NCBI GenBank assembly: GCA_965217895.1
Contig: CBDCJV010000002.1
Span: 3,968,001-4,032,000, forward strand
Length of the DNA stretch: 64,000 nucleotides
Direction of reading: 5' to 3'
DNA from: Waterburya sp.
Lineage (GTDB): Bacteria > Cyanobacteriota > Cyanobacteriia > Cyanobacteriales > Xenococcaceae
Position 1 is the stretch's first letter. Each line of letters starts with the position of its first letter. The notes under the pieces are model-generated. The model was not told the origin of the DNA. It did not search any database and saw only the letters and a list, made by a program, of their open reading frames with translations. The translations under genes were made by a program, and so were the position numbers. This document shows, one piece after another, positions 1-10,060 of the stretch.

Positions 1-459
1 ACAAATAATTCTCTCACTCATCAATTTAGATTTGCCATAAGGATTGATCGGCAAAGTTGAAGCTGTTTCTTGAACAGGGTAATCTTTAATTTCTCCATAT
101 ACGGCTGCGGTACTCGAAAAAACAAACTGATTAACACCAAACTCTTCACAACACTGCAATACATTAATTACGTTGCAGGTATTGTTATGATAGTATGCTA
201 AAGGTTTTTCTAATGATTCGGGAACAGAAATACTAGCTGCAAAGTGTAGCACCGCATCGAATTTGTGTTGAGCAAAAACTTGTGCTAACTGTTCGCTATT
301 GCTAAGTTCACCTTGAATTAATTCTCCATATAATACAGCATCTACTGAACCTGTAGATAGGTTGTCGTAAATCACAATTTCGTAACCTGATTCTCCTAGC
401 TTTTTTACAGTATGAGAACCAATGTAACCCGCACCGCCAGTAATTAAAACCTTTGACAT
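1..459 (-). CDS. galE: UDP-glucose 4-epimerase, 5' part (runs off window start)
   Basis: Hand-translated from ATG at 459: MSKVLITGGAGYIGSHTVKKLGESGYEIVIYDNLSTG...HFAA...FSSTAAVYG; not in ORF track. Confidence 0.9.
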   Translation of the reverse strand, partial: MSKVLITGGAGYIGSHTVKKLGESGYEIVIYDNLSTGSVDAVLYGELIQGELSNSEQLAQVFAQHKFDAVLHFAASISVPESLEKPLAYYHNNTCNVINVLQCCEEFGVNQFVFSSTAAVYGEIKDYPVQETASTLPINPYGKSKLMSERIIC

Positions 460-805
460 AGTGATTTATACCTAAAAGACTTTTAACCTACAATTTATTA
501 TAGAGAAAGAAAAATTAATTGCTTCAAATTTTAGGGAGTATCATACTTATACTTTAGGTTTTTTAGGTTTTATTGGAAATACTGTTCAGTGAGCTTGATC
601 GGTGTTTTGTGTTTGTTTTTAGCTTGTATTACCTAATTTATCCCCTTGTTATACAGTATCAATATTTGAAATATTGATTTAATAATTGCTATATTTAATA
701 GCAGATTAATATTTCATATAAGTGCTAGAAAACTAGCTTTAATAATATTAATTGGCAATTTGATAGTTAACAAATAGGTTTGCTTGCTCTTTATTTTATC
801 TGTAT

Positions 806-2287
806 ATGCCTCGATCGCCTAAATTAAAATTTGATCGTGGAACCTTAATCCTCCATCCTCCACCCAAGGGAAAAGCTTGGTTAGACTATGCAACCTGGGA
901 CGATCGCGTCGAAAAGTTTCGCATACCTGCAATCTATTATCGTCCTCTGGTTGAAGCACTTAAAGCAGACGATAAAAATATTATCGACGATGCTAAAGAA
1001 TTTTATAATTTAGAGTTAAAAGCTGTATCGCAGTTTGAACCCTATCCCCATCAAGCAGAAGCACTACAGGCTTGGAAGCAAGCCAAAAGGCAAGGAGTAG
1101 TAGTTTTACCCACCGCAGCGGGAAAGACTTATCTAGCACAGCTAGCCATGGAATCTACCCCCCGCACAACCCTAATTGTGGTACCAACTTTGGATTTGAT
1201 GCACCAGTGGTATGCTCAAATTGAAGCCGCTTTTCCCAAGGCAGAAATAGGCTTATTGGGTGGTGGTTCGCGCGATCGCACTCCTATTCTGATTGCTACC
1301 TACCACAGCGCAGCCATCCATGCCGAAACCCTGGGAAATCGCTATGCGCTTCAGATCTTCGATGAATGCCACCATCTACCTACGGACTTTTTTAAAGTAA
1401 TTGCCGAATATGCGATCGCACCCTACCGTTTGGGCTTAACCGCAACTCCTGAACGTAGCGACGGTACACACCGTCATTTAGATACCTTAATTGGCAAAAT
1501 AGTCTATCGCAAAACTCCTGAAGAACTATCTGGCGGTGCTTTAGCCGAACATAAAGTAGTGCAGATGAGAGTCAAGCTGTCTGAGGTAGAACAGGAGAAA
1601 TACGAAAAAGCGATCGCCACTCGAACCAAATTCCTGCGACAGTCTAATATATCTCTCGGTAGCCTTGAGGGATGGCAGCTATTCGTTCAAGCCAGTGCGC
1701 GATCGCCCCAGGGTAGAAAAGCCATGTTAGCACACCGTGAAGCAAAAGCGATCGCCTTGGGTACAGATGCCAAACTTCGTATCTTAATTGACCTGATCGA
1801 AAAACATCATGCCGAACGCATTTTAATCTTTACCAACGACAACGCTACGGTTTATCGTATCTCCCAACAGTTTCTGATCCCTGCTATCACCTATCAAACC
1901 GCAGTCAAAGAACGTCACGAGATCTTAACCAGATTTAAAGCAGGTGAATATAAAACCTTAGTCGCTTCCCATGTACTCAACGAAGGTGTAGATGTTCCCG
2001 ATGCTAAAATAGCCATTATCCTTTCTGGTACAGGCTCAACCAGAGAATACGTCCAGAGATTAGGCAGAGTACTGAGAAAAGGCAACACCAGCAACAAACA
2101 GGCAATTCTCTACGAAGTTGTTACCGAAAACACCAGCGAAGAAAGAACCTCCCAACGTCGTCGGGGTGAACAAGACGACGATCGACCCAGACAGCTAAAA
2201 CTAATTACAACTCCCAAACCTAAAATCAAAAAACATCAGCTTAAAGCAGCCGAAGAATCTAAGCAATGGAATACTGAAGAAGAATAA
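806..2287 (+). CDS. SF2 DEAD/DEAH helicase, XPB/Ssl2-like
   Basis: LPTAAGKT Walker A, DECHH, LGLTATPER, EGVDVP, QRLGRVLR motifs. Confidence 0.9.
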   Translation: MPRSPKLKFDRGTLILHPPPKGKAWLDYATWDDRVEKFRIPAIYYRPLVEALKADDKNIIDDAKEFYNLELKAVSQFEPYPHQAEALQAWKQAKRQGVVVLPTAAGKTYLAQLAMESTPRTTLIVVPTLDLMHQWYAQIEAAFPKAEIGLLGGGSRDRTPILIATYHSAAIHAETLGNRYALQIFDECHHLPTDFFKVIAEYAIAPYRLGLTATPERSDGTHRHLDTLIGKIVYRKTPEELSGGALAEHKVVQMRVKLSEVEQEKYEKAIATRTKFLRQSNISLGSLEGWQLFVQASARSPQGRKAMLAHREAKAIALGTDAKLRILIDLIEKHHAERILIFTNDNATVYRISQQFLIPAITYQTAVKERHEILTRFKAGEYKTLVASHVLNEGVDVPDAKIAIILSGTGSTREYVQRLGRVLRKGNTSNKQAILYEVVTENTSEERTSQRRRGEQDDDRPRQLKLITTPKPKIKKHQLKAAEESKQWNTEEE

Positions 2288-2314
2288 AGGTTGCTGTCAA
2301 TTGTCCATAGCTAA

Positions 2315-3193
2315 TTATTTCTTAGGAGAAAACAGCAACACTGGAAACCAGCTACTGCGCATCAAGTCATTAGCAAAACTACGAACTGTCCACTGCAAAA
2401 GGCTGTTACGATAATCAGTAGCAATGGCGATCGCACTAATATCAAAGTCTAAGGCAGCCATAGTAATCTCTTGTAAAGGATTGCCTTGCTTGACTAGAGT
2501 ATTAACTTCAATATTTAAAGCCTCTAATTCTTGCTTAACTGAATCTAGCTTGCTTTGGGCATCTTGTACCCGCTGTTCAACCATCATGGACTTTCTACCA
2601 CTATCGTCAACCACACTCATCAACATACACTGCTTGAGAGAATTTTCTGGGCGATCCTGGGCATATTTCTTGATCTCTTCTATTAAGTAGTGGGCGGTTT
2701 CACTATCGTTATAAGGAATGAGTAAATACCGCCAAAGGTGCTGACAGCGTAAATTTAACTCTTCGCGAGTATAAGTAGTAATTAGTTCTGGGCGGATAAT
2801 ATTGAGAGGCTGATCCGTAAGTTTTGCCAAGCCTGTACTAGTACTACCAAAAAAGCTTTCTTGCAGTGAACTTCTGATCGGAGTTCCTGTCATGATCACA
2901 TCTATTTGATGTTTCTTCAATACTCTAGGAATTGTGTCGAGGGGTTTGCCTGAAAGAACCTCGATTTGAACATCTATTGATTCAGGAGCATTTTTTAAAG
3001 CTATCTGAAAACGTTGCTTGGCTTTTTCTACTTTTTCTTCATCTATTCTGGGAACTTCTCCTTCTTGCCAAAAAGGAACACTATGGAAAAAGACAATTTT
3101 TTTTAAACCGCACTGAGACAGACTGGGTACACAGTCAACAAAGCGATACAAACCATCGGTAAAGTCAGTGCAAATCAAGCAGCTTTGAAACAT
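2315..3193 (-). CDS. Universal stress protein (tandem USP domains)
   Basis: CLICTDFTD start, FFGSTSTGL, RSSWFPVLLF; likely start MFQSC at 3193 rather than the track's 3346. Confidence 0.85.
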   Translation of the reverse strand: MFQSCLICTDFTDGLYRFVDCVPSLSQCGLKKIVFFHSVPFWQEGEVPRIDEEKVEKAKQRFQIALKNAPESIDVQIEVLSGKPLDTIPRVLKKHQIDVIMTGTPIRSSLQESFFGSTSTGLAKLTDQPLNIIRPELITTYTREELNLRCQHLWRYLLIPYNDSETAHYLIEEIKKYAQDRPENSLKQCMLMSVVDDSGRKSMMVEQRVQDAQSKLDSVKQELEALNIEVNTLVKQGNPLQEITMAALDFDISAIAIATDYRNSLLQWTVRSFANDLMRSSWFPVLLFSPKK

Positions 3194-3361
3194 AGAAGCT
3201 AAATAGCGAATATCTTTACTTCTTACACTAGCAAAAAAAGTATAATTAGTTTCTATAATCTTAATTTTCTTAGTCTTTTGCCTGAGTCTAAACCCCAACA
3301 ACCCCAGCTTTTTTCGATGGAAACTAGCAAGAGAAGGAGGCAGCATGATTCAAGCTTATCT

Positions 3362-3556
3362 TTATGCCCTAGGTGGAGAATCTATACCCCACTGATGGCG
3401 GATAAAGTTTTGATACATATTATCTTTGATTAACATTTGCTCATATAGTTTTATTAAGAAATCTTGAGCCTGTTCGTGGCTCATACCTTTTACCTGAGTC
3501 TCAAAAGAGCGAATATTAAACTTTTGCTCCAAAGATAATTCCATTGAATTTGACAT
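3362..3556 (-). CDS. nblA: Phycobilisome degradation protein NblA
   Basis: 64 aa, ELSLEQKFNIRSFETQV...SHEQAQDFLIKLYEQML...HQWG signature. Confidence 0.93.
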   Translation of the reverse strand: MSNSMELSLEQKFNIRSFETQVKGMSHEQAQDFLIKLYEQMLIKDNMYQNFIRHQWGIDSPPRA

Positions 3557-3601
3557 TCTATGTGTACCCCTACGTATGACTTAACAACAACATTTTAACT
3601 T

Positions 3602-3645
3602 TAATATTATCTAATGTAACAATTAATTGACATTAGATAATATTA
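3602..3645. promoter_or_regulatory. 16-bp perfect inverted repeat upstream of nblA
   Basis: TAATATTATCTAATGT (3602-3617) / ACATTAGATAATATTA (3630-3645). Confidence 0.5.
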
Positions 3646-4211
3646 GTTATAAAGCTGGCAATAGTTAATTGTCAATTGTTGGCTAGATTTTTCCTCTTTA
3701 AAAAGGATTGTCAAGAAAAAAAAAGCAAATTTAAGAGAATATATTGGTTAATGGTCTAAACATTCTGTAATAATTAAAGATAGTGCAGAATTTAAAATAG
3801 AATTCAATTTTTTAAATTGAGTGGGCGTAGTTTTGAGGTTTCCTCAAAACGTTGATCGCTTAGTGTTTTCACTGTGAACTGCTTTGGGTTTTCTAAAGCA
3901 CAACATCGGACTCAAATCGATGGGCATTTTGCGTTATACAGGTGTTTTGATACTGTGGCAGTAATTAAAGATAGCGTCATATTAAATAGCTGGTACATTT
4001 TTGGGGTGCAACCTTAGTATTTCTTTTCTAGATAGCTTTAGAAAGGGTAAATGTTTGAGTGCGTATTTGTGTACAGTTGAAATAGTTACTTAAAAAGATC
4101 CATCTATAAATAAAGCTTTTGGACAATTTAGTACATTTTGGCGTAGCTGCCATCAGAAAAGCGTTCGCTCTGCACACTATTTTAAAATTAAACTAGCTTG
4201 GGAGATACAGT

Positions 4212-4673
4212 ATGTCTATCCGTTTGTATGTAGGTAATTTACCTAAAGAAGAAATTGATCGCGAAGCCTTATCAACTATGTTTGCTGAGTCAGAACAGGT
4301 GACAACCAAAATAATTAAAGACCGAAAAACAGGAAAATGTCGCGGTTTCGCTTTTGTGACAGTCGAAACTGATGAAGCAGCCGACCAATTTATTGAAAAA
4401 TATAATGGTCAATCCTTTATGGATAATCCTTTGAAAATTGAAAAGGCTTTACCACGCTCTAAAGCAGATGAAGAAGGCGCATCGGCAGAAGGTAACGCTA
4501 ATAACGCTCCTAAACGCAAAGCTAACAATGTTAGTAACAATACTAAGCGTAGTGGTAAAAAGCCTGGTAGTAGCAGTAGTCAAAAACAGCAAGGTAGTAG
4601 TATTCAACCCGATCCTCGCTGGGCAGATGAATTAGCTAAACTCAAAGAAATGTTGGCTTCTGCTAATAACTAG
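4212..4673 (+). CDS. RRM RNA-binding protein, Rbp3/RbpG type
   Basis: RNP2 LYVGNL, RNP1 RGFAFVTV, C-terminal PDPRWA motif. Confidence 0.9.
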   Translation: MSIRLYVGNLPKEEIDREALSTMFAESEQVTTKIIKDRKTGKCRGFAFVTVETDEAADQFIEKYNGQSFMDNPLKIEKALPRSKADEEGASAEGNANNAPKRKANNVSNNTKRSGKKPGSSSSQKQQGSSIQPDPRWADELAKLKEMLASANN

Positions 4674-4946
4674 ACTGATTTATCGTGAGTCGGTAGCAAA
4701 ATTGTTTGTGGCTATAGACTTTAAGTTTTGATCGCTCATTGAACATTAGACATTTTATGGTTTTAAGCCTACTTCCAAACCAATCTTAAATGCTCAATGC
4801 TTAATGAAATGAGGCGGTGACAATAACTCTCTAGGTGACTAGGAGGAATTGGACACCGTAATTTTTTTAGGGTTTTGGGAAAATATCTGCGAAAATAAGT
4901 CCCAGATTAAATAAATCTAACAAGATAATATACGGAGATAAAATCA

Positions 4947-5648
4947 ATGAGCGATCCTGTCAAAACTATGAAGCAAGAAGTAGGTAAAGCTGCTGCCGAT
5001 CGCGTAAAATCAGACTCTATCGTTGGACTAGGATCGGGTTCTACTGCTGCCTATGCTATTGAGTATATAGGCGATCGCTTGGCAAAGGGAGAAATTAAAA
5101 ATATTCTGGGTGTACCTACTTCCTTTCAGGCAGAAGTTCTAGCAAAAAAATTTAACATCCCCTTAGTTACTCTAGATGCGATCGAGCATATTGATATTGC
5201 GATCGATGGTGCGGATGAAGTCGATCCCCAAAAAAACTTAATTAAAGGTGGTGGCGCAGCACACACTCGCGAAAAAGTTGTCGATTCTCTAGCTACAGAA
5301 TTCATTGTCGTAGTAGATGAAGGTAAGCTAGTTGATAAACTCGGTTCAACTTTCTTGCTACCTGTAGAAGTAATTCCCATGGCGGTTGCTCCTGTGATGC
5401 GAAGCTTGGAAAAGCTAGGGGGAAAACCAGAATTGCGGATGGGTGTAAAAAAAGCTGGACCAGTGGTTACGGATCAGGGCAATTTAGTTATTGATGTGAA
5501 ATTCGACCATATTACCAACCCTGGGGAAATGGAAAAAACAATCAATAATTTTCCAGGAGTATTAGAAAATGGCTTGTTCGTAGGCGTGGCAGATATTATT
5601 TTAGTCGGCAAGATTGTAAACGGTAAATCTGAAATTAGTCAGTTTTAG
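4947..5648 (+). CDS. rpiA: Ribose-5-phosphate isomerase A
   Basis: [25 protein letters not shown]. Confidence 0.97.
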   Translation: MSDPVKTMKQEVGKAAADRVKSDSIVGLGSGSTAAYAIEYIGDRLAKGEIKNILGVPTSFQAEVLAKKFNIPLVTLDAIEHIDIAIDGADEVDPQKNLIKGGGAAHTREKVVDSLATEFIVVVDEGKLVDKLGSTFLLPVEVIPMAVAPVMRSLEKLGGKPELRMGVKKAGPVVTDQGNLVIDVKFDHITNPGEMEKTINNFPGVLENGLFVGVADIILVGKIVNGKSEISQF

Positions 5649-5656
5649 TAACAGTC

Positions 5657-5706
5657 GCGCCTGTCCCCCAAAGTTGACGAGCGACCCTGCCTCGCCGACA
5701 GGCGCA
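5657..5706 (-). repeat. Small dispersed GC-rich repeat, copy 1
   Basis: Minus strand TGCGCCTGTCGGCGAGGCAGGGTCGCTCG...TTGGGGGAC matches 22181-22223 and partly 7034-7056. Confidence 0.65.
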
Positions 5707-5760
5707 TAAGATTACGTTATGGTAAAAACTGGCTCAAACATCATGAATCGAAACTAAAGC

Positions 5761-6468
5761 GTGAAACCAGCTATTTTATACGGCGTTAGTGTCGGCACAG
5801 GAGATCCTGAATTAATTACTGTCAAAGGATTACGGATCTTACAAACCAGCGATATTATTGCCTTCCCTGCTGGTATTAATAATCGTCCAGGAATAGCTCA
5901 AAATATTATTGAGCGTTGGTTACAGCCACAACAGCAAATTTTGCCCTTAAAATTTCCTTACACTCAAGATGCGGAAATTTTACAAGCAGCTTGGTCAGAA
6001 GCAGCAGATCGAGTTTGGCACTATCTTGACCAAGGAATAAACATTGCTTTTGCCTGTTTAGGAGACGTTAGTTTCTATAGCACCTTTACTTATTTAGCTC
6101 AGGCTTTAGAGCGATCGCATCCCGAAGCAAAGATCGAAACTGTGCCTGGAGTTTGTTCGCCTATGGCGATCGCTTCTGTCTTAAAAATACCTCTCACCGT
6201 CAACCATCAGCATTTGGCGGTATTACCTGCTCTACATACAGTTAAAGAATTAGAAATAGCTTTAGACTGGGCGGAGATAGTTGTGTTACTCAAAGTAAGT
6301 TCTGTTTACCAGCAGGTTTGGCAAATTTTAGAGCAACGAAATCTATTAAATTCTAGCTATATTGTCGAAAAAGCAACTTTTCCCGAACAAAAAATATATG
6401 ATGACCTTGCCAACTATCCTCAGCTTAAGCTGTCTTACTTTTCAATCATGATCATTCGCAACGGCTAA
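5761..6468 (+). CDS. cobI: Precorrin-2 C20-methyltransferase
   Basis: LYGVSVGTGDPELIT, LGDVSFYSTF, VPGVCS, LSYFS. Confidence 0.9.
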   Translation: MKPAILYGVSVGTGDPELITVKGLRILQTSDIIAFPAGINNRPGIAQNIIERWLQPQQQILPLKFPYTQDAEILQAAWSEAADRVWHYLDQGINIAFACLGDVSFYSTFTYLAQALERSHPEAKIETVPGVCSPMAIASVLKIPLTVNHQHLAVLPALHTVKELEIALDWAEIVVLLKVSSVYQQVWQILEQRNLLNSSYIVEKATFPEQKIYDDLANYPQLKLSYFSIMIIRNG

Positions 6469-6530
6469 ACTTTTAGGCTTGAGAAATTAATAAATCTTTC
6501 AAAGAGCTATAGGTTATAGGTTATATGCGA

Positions 6531-6884
6531 TTACGAACCCAGTTTAAAGGCTTCTAAAAATAAACTAAAGGTTAAACCAATTTTAAATAAATTAAAAACG
6601 TCCACGTAAAGCGATCGCCTGATGGGGAAAGAAGCTGCTTGTTGACGGTTGCGACGACTATAAGTAAACTTACTGGTTAATTCAGTAAAGACAAGTAAAA
6701 CCGCTGCTGCGGGAACATCCCAGACCGCATCCTGTCCTGCGGTAGTTGCAATTGCCGAACCCATAAAAAATCCAAAAAGGAAACTAATCGAACTCAAGGC
6801 AATACGTCGCCAAGGGTTACTAAACATCAATTCTAAGCGTGAGCCTGTAATCTCTACCAGACTGTTAAGACGAGTACGTTGCAT
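6531..6884 (-). CDS. Ycf20/DUF565 membrane protein
   Basis: MQRTRL...NPWRR...EAFKLGS signature; start taken at MQRTRL. Confidence 0.85.
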   Translation of the reverse strand: MQRTRLNSLVEITGSRLELMFSNPWRRIALSSISFLFGFFMGSAIATTAGQDAVWDVPAAAVLLVFTELTSKFTYSRRNRQQAASFPIRRSLYVDVFNLFKIGLTFSLFLEAFKLGS

Positions 6885-7033
6885 TTCAATTATCAATTAC
6901 TATTTGGTGGGCAACAAAAACTGATTGGTAGCAACAGTTAGGACAGTTATGACAGTTAGAGCAGTTGAAAAGCCTAATTTACCGTTAATTATCTTTAACT
7001 CAAGCAAGAAAGGCTTTAGCCGCATCTGTTGCT

Positions 7034-7056
7034 CTTGCGCCTGACGGCGATGCGGC
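7034..7056 (+). repeat. Small dispersed GC-rich repeat, copy 2 (partial)
   Basis: CTTGCGCCTGACGGCGATGCGGC versus CTTGCGCCTGAAGGCGACGCGGG at 22181. Confidence 0.55.
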
Positions 7057-7138
7057 TTCCTTACTCAAAAAGGGCTTCGATAGCTGTTGTTTTGTTCATG
7101 ATAAAATTTTGTCCGAATTATTATGGTAGGTTAAATGC

Positions 7139-7744
7139 TTAATGCTTATCTATACGGCTAAAAATCCAAAAAGAACTTACCAAACCAACAAAATGACCAG
7201 CAATAATATTGATACAGGCTTGGATAATAAATACATCTAAAGAATTAACAAATTCTGTATTGCTTTGATTATTAAAAACTTTTGCAGGATCGAAAGACAA
7301 AGTTTTCGAGAGGACCAGACCCGCGATGGTTTCCGCACCCAAGATAGTGATTAATGTACCCACTAGACTAGTAATAATCCCAATTTGGATTATTTTGATC
7401 GTAGTAGATTTCTTGGGCGGAGCAGTGTTTGGTTGAGCAAATTTAGCTGCCATCTTGCCATATCTAAAGGCAATACAAATACCGACGATTAGGCAGATCA
7501 ATCCACATACACCGCAAAATATGCTAAACCCAACTCCTGGAGTATTTCTTTGCGCTCGATTGGTGATGGCTAAAGCTAAGGTAACAGAAGAGACGACTCC
7601 TAAAAATACCTGAATCCAGAATCCAGCTAACCCGCCCCACTTAAGGGCATTAGCTGCTTGAAGCATTCGGGCAGATTTTGTAGCTGGGGCATTGCGAGAA
7701 CTAGGATCTTTAGAAAATGGGGTAATTTCTGATTCTTTTGCCAT
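7139..7744 (-). CDS. DUF3611 (Tic21-like) membrane protein
   Basis: GFWIQVFLGVVS, LDVFIIQA...AGHFVGL, four hydrophobic segments. Confidence 0.75.
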   Translation of the reverse strand: MAKESEITPFSKDPSSRNAPATKSARMLQAANALKWGGLAGFWIQVFLGVVSSVTLALAITNRAQRNTPGVGFSIFCGVCGLICLIVGICIAFRYGKMAAKFAQPNTAPPKKSTTIKIIQIGIITSLVGTLITILGAETIAGLVLSKTLSFDPAKVFNNQSNTEFVNSLDVFIIQACINIIAGHFVGLVSSFWIFSRIDKH

Positions 7745-7899
7745 GGTTGAGTTTTCCTTGGTAGTTGATGATTAATAAAAGTACACTTAATATCTAGTAA
7801 ATTTTTTGAGGACAGTTTTCTGAGCAAGAATGGCTATTTTAACTATAGTTATTGAATTAATTATTTGAGATATATCAATCAATAATAAACTAGATAGAT

Positions 7900-8364
7900 G
7901 AGAGAGTTAGCGAGGTGGTTGCAAATTTGTCCTTGGAGGCAGATTTGAGGAAAGTCCGGACTCCCGAAAGACCATACTTGCTGGATAATTCCCAGTGCGA
8001 GCGATCGCGAGGAAAGTGCCACAGAAAAATACCGCCTTTTCATTGAGCATTAAGCATTGAACATTGAACAGAAATAACTGGTAAATGGTAAATGACAAAT
8101 GGTAAATGATGATTGGTAAGGGTGCAAAGGTGCGGTAAGAGCGCACCAGCAGTATCGAGAGGTACTGGCTCGGTAAACCCCGGTAGGGAGCAAGGACGGA
8201 GGGATTATGGTTGGTCTTTTTCCAGTCCCGTTTGTAGAGAGCCGCAAGAGGTGTTTGGTAACAAACATCCCAGATAGATAACTACCCTTGGCTAAAGTTG
8301 ATGTAGCACTTTGTTACATTGCCCAAGTTTGAGAACAGAATCCGGCTTATGTTCTAACTCTCTC
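7900..8364 (+). ncRNA. rnpB: RNase P RNA, type A
   Basis: GAGGAAAGTCCGG, AGTGCCACAGAAA, GGTAAACCCC, AACAGAATCCGGCTTA cores; P1 pairing AGAGAGTTAG/CTAACTCTCT. Confidence 0.97.
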
Positions 8365-8387
8365 TATTCTATTTCGTCTCTAGCTAA

Positions 8388-9131
8388 ATGTTTGCAGATC
8401 CCAGACGACAAAAACAATTAGAAAAATTTCTAGGCAAGCTAGGTTTACCTGCTAATGTAAACGTTGATTTGTCTTTGCTTGATTTGGCTTTGACTCATCC
8501 TAGTATTTCTCGCACTCGTAACTATGAGCAGCTAGAGTTTGTTGGCGATTCTGTGGTCAGGTTAATTGCAGCAGAACTATTATTAGAAACCTATCCCCAA
8601 GAGCCGGTAGGGGAATTTGCTGCTATTCGTTCTATTTTAGTGAGCGATCGCCTTTTGGCAGAGTTGGCTGAAAGTTACGGAGTTGAACCATATTTATTAA
8701 TCGGCACAAATGCCACAGGCAACCCTATTGGCAGACAGTCTTGGTTAGCAGACGCTTTTGAGGCAGTATTAGGAGCTTTGTACCTTAGCACTCACAATAT
8801 GGACTTGATTCGTCCATGGCTAGATAGGGCATTAAAAACTAGAGCAGCAGAGGTTTTAAACGATCCTGCTCGCTTTAACTATAAAGATGCTTTACAGGAA
8901 TGGACTCAGAGAAAACACAAAATTTTGCCTGAATACCGAGTCCAAGAAAACAAAGATTTCAAACCATCCAAAACGGAAGCAACACCAGATCCCTCTTCAT
9001 ATCAAGCTCATCGCTTCATAGCTGAAGTCTGGTTAGAAAATCGTTGTTTAGCTACAGGTATAGGACGTTCTAAAAAAGCTGCCGAACAAGCAGCAGCAAA
9101 AGAAGCTCTTTTAGCTATACCAAATGAATGA
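8388..9131 (+). CDS. rnc: Ribonuclease III
   Basis: YEQLEFVGDSV, ADAFEAVLGALY, dsRBD NYKDALQE...GRSKKAAEQAAA. Confidence 0.95.
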   Translation: MFADPRRQKQLEKFLGKLGLPANVNVDLSLLDLALTHPSISRTRNYEQLEFVGDSVVRLIAAELLLETYPQEPVGEFAAIRSILVSDRLLAELAESYGVEPYLLIGTNATGNPIGRQSWLADAFEAVLGALYLSTHNMDLIRPWLDRALKTRAAEVLNDPARFNYKDALQEWTQRKHKILPEYRVQENKDFKPSKTEATPDPSSYQAHRFIAEVWLENRCLATGIGRSKKAAEQAAAKEALLAIPNE

Positions 9132-9292
9132 TTCTCAATTAATAGTTTTGCGCCAATACAATCAAATAGTAGTATGGGAAAATATAACATTTTAGCTAGT
9201 CTGGTGATAAATCACTGAGCGGGGAAGATGCTGCTTTGTAAGCAGCATTTCCGCCCACTAGGAATTAGATAATAAAAGAGCCTTTAGAAGCG

Positions 9293-10045
9293 ATGATGAA
9301 AAATGATGATCTAAATTTAATTGAAAACGAATCCAGCAATCCTTTAGGTCAAATAAGTTCTACAGACTTATCATCAGAAATACCCCCTCCAGATCCAGAG
9401 CGAATGTTGGAGTTGTTAGAATCAACTACTGCTGCCGATAGAATGTTAGCAGCAAGGGCTTTTTGTGAACTAAAAGATCCTCGCTCCATTCCCTTATTGA
9501 TCGAACTTTTAGATGATACTTGTCCTTTAGTTAGAGTTAGTACCACCTATGCTTTAGGTCGCAATACTGATGCCAGTATTGTCGAACCGCTAATTGAATT
9601 ATTAGCCAGAGATTTCAATGGTTATGTGCGTAAGGGAATTGTTTGGGCTTTGGGCAACAGCAAAGATCGTCGCGCCCTCAAACCTCTAATTCACGCCTTG
9701 AAAACTGATATCTCGGCGGTTAGACTTTGGGCAGCTAGTGGTTTAGCCCAGATAGCTCCTTTAGAATATGAAGATATCATTGCTGCTATTCCGCCTTTGA
9801 TTCAAAGTTTAAGACGAGACAGCACCGCAGCAGTACGCAGTAACTGTGCTTGGGCAATTGGGCAACTATGTCGCGAACTACCTTCTAACGTTGTTTATGC
9901 TACGGCGATCGATGCTTTAATTGAGTCTTTGGTTGAAGATGATGATCTTAGCGTCAAAGATGATGCCAGAAGTGCTATTCTCAAAGTCGGCGATCCTGGC
10001 GGTCTACAAATGATCGAAGAATTGGAATTTGAAGGCTTAATTTAA
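9293..10045 (+). CDS. PBS-lyase HEAT-repeat protein
   Basis: Repeated VRxxxxxALG HEAT units. Confidence 0.85.
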   Translation: MMKNDDLNLIENESSNPLGQISSTDLSSEIPPPDPERMLELLESTTAADRMLAARAFCELKDPRSIPLLIELLDDTCPLVRVSTTYALGRNTDASIVEPLIELLARDFNGYVRKGIVWALGNSKDRRALKPLIHALKTDISAVRLWAASGLAQIAPLEYEDIIAAIPPLIQSLRRDSTAAVRSNCAWAIGQLCRELPSNVVYATAIDALIESLVEDDDLSVKDDARSAILKVGDPGGLQMIEELEFEGLI

Positions 10046-10060
10046 TCGATAAAATATTAC

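Noticed and set aside
7907..8268. ORFs 7907..8146 and 8050..8268 (minus)
   Set aside because: Antisense to rnpB; repeat-derived low-complexity translation
9219..9255. ATGCTGCT-TTGTA-AGCAGCAT hairpin, plus GCGAAGCGGT at 23524 and 51162
   Set aside because: Probably small dispersed repeats, but boundaries and empty sites cannot be defined from this window
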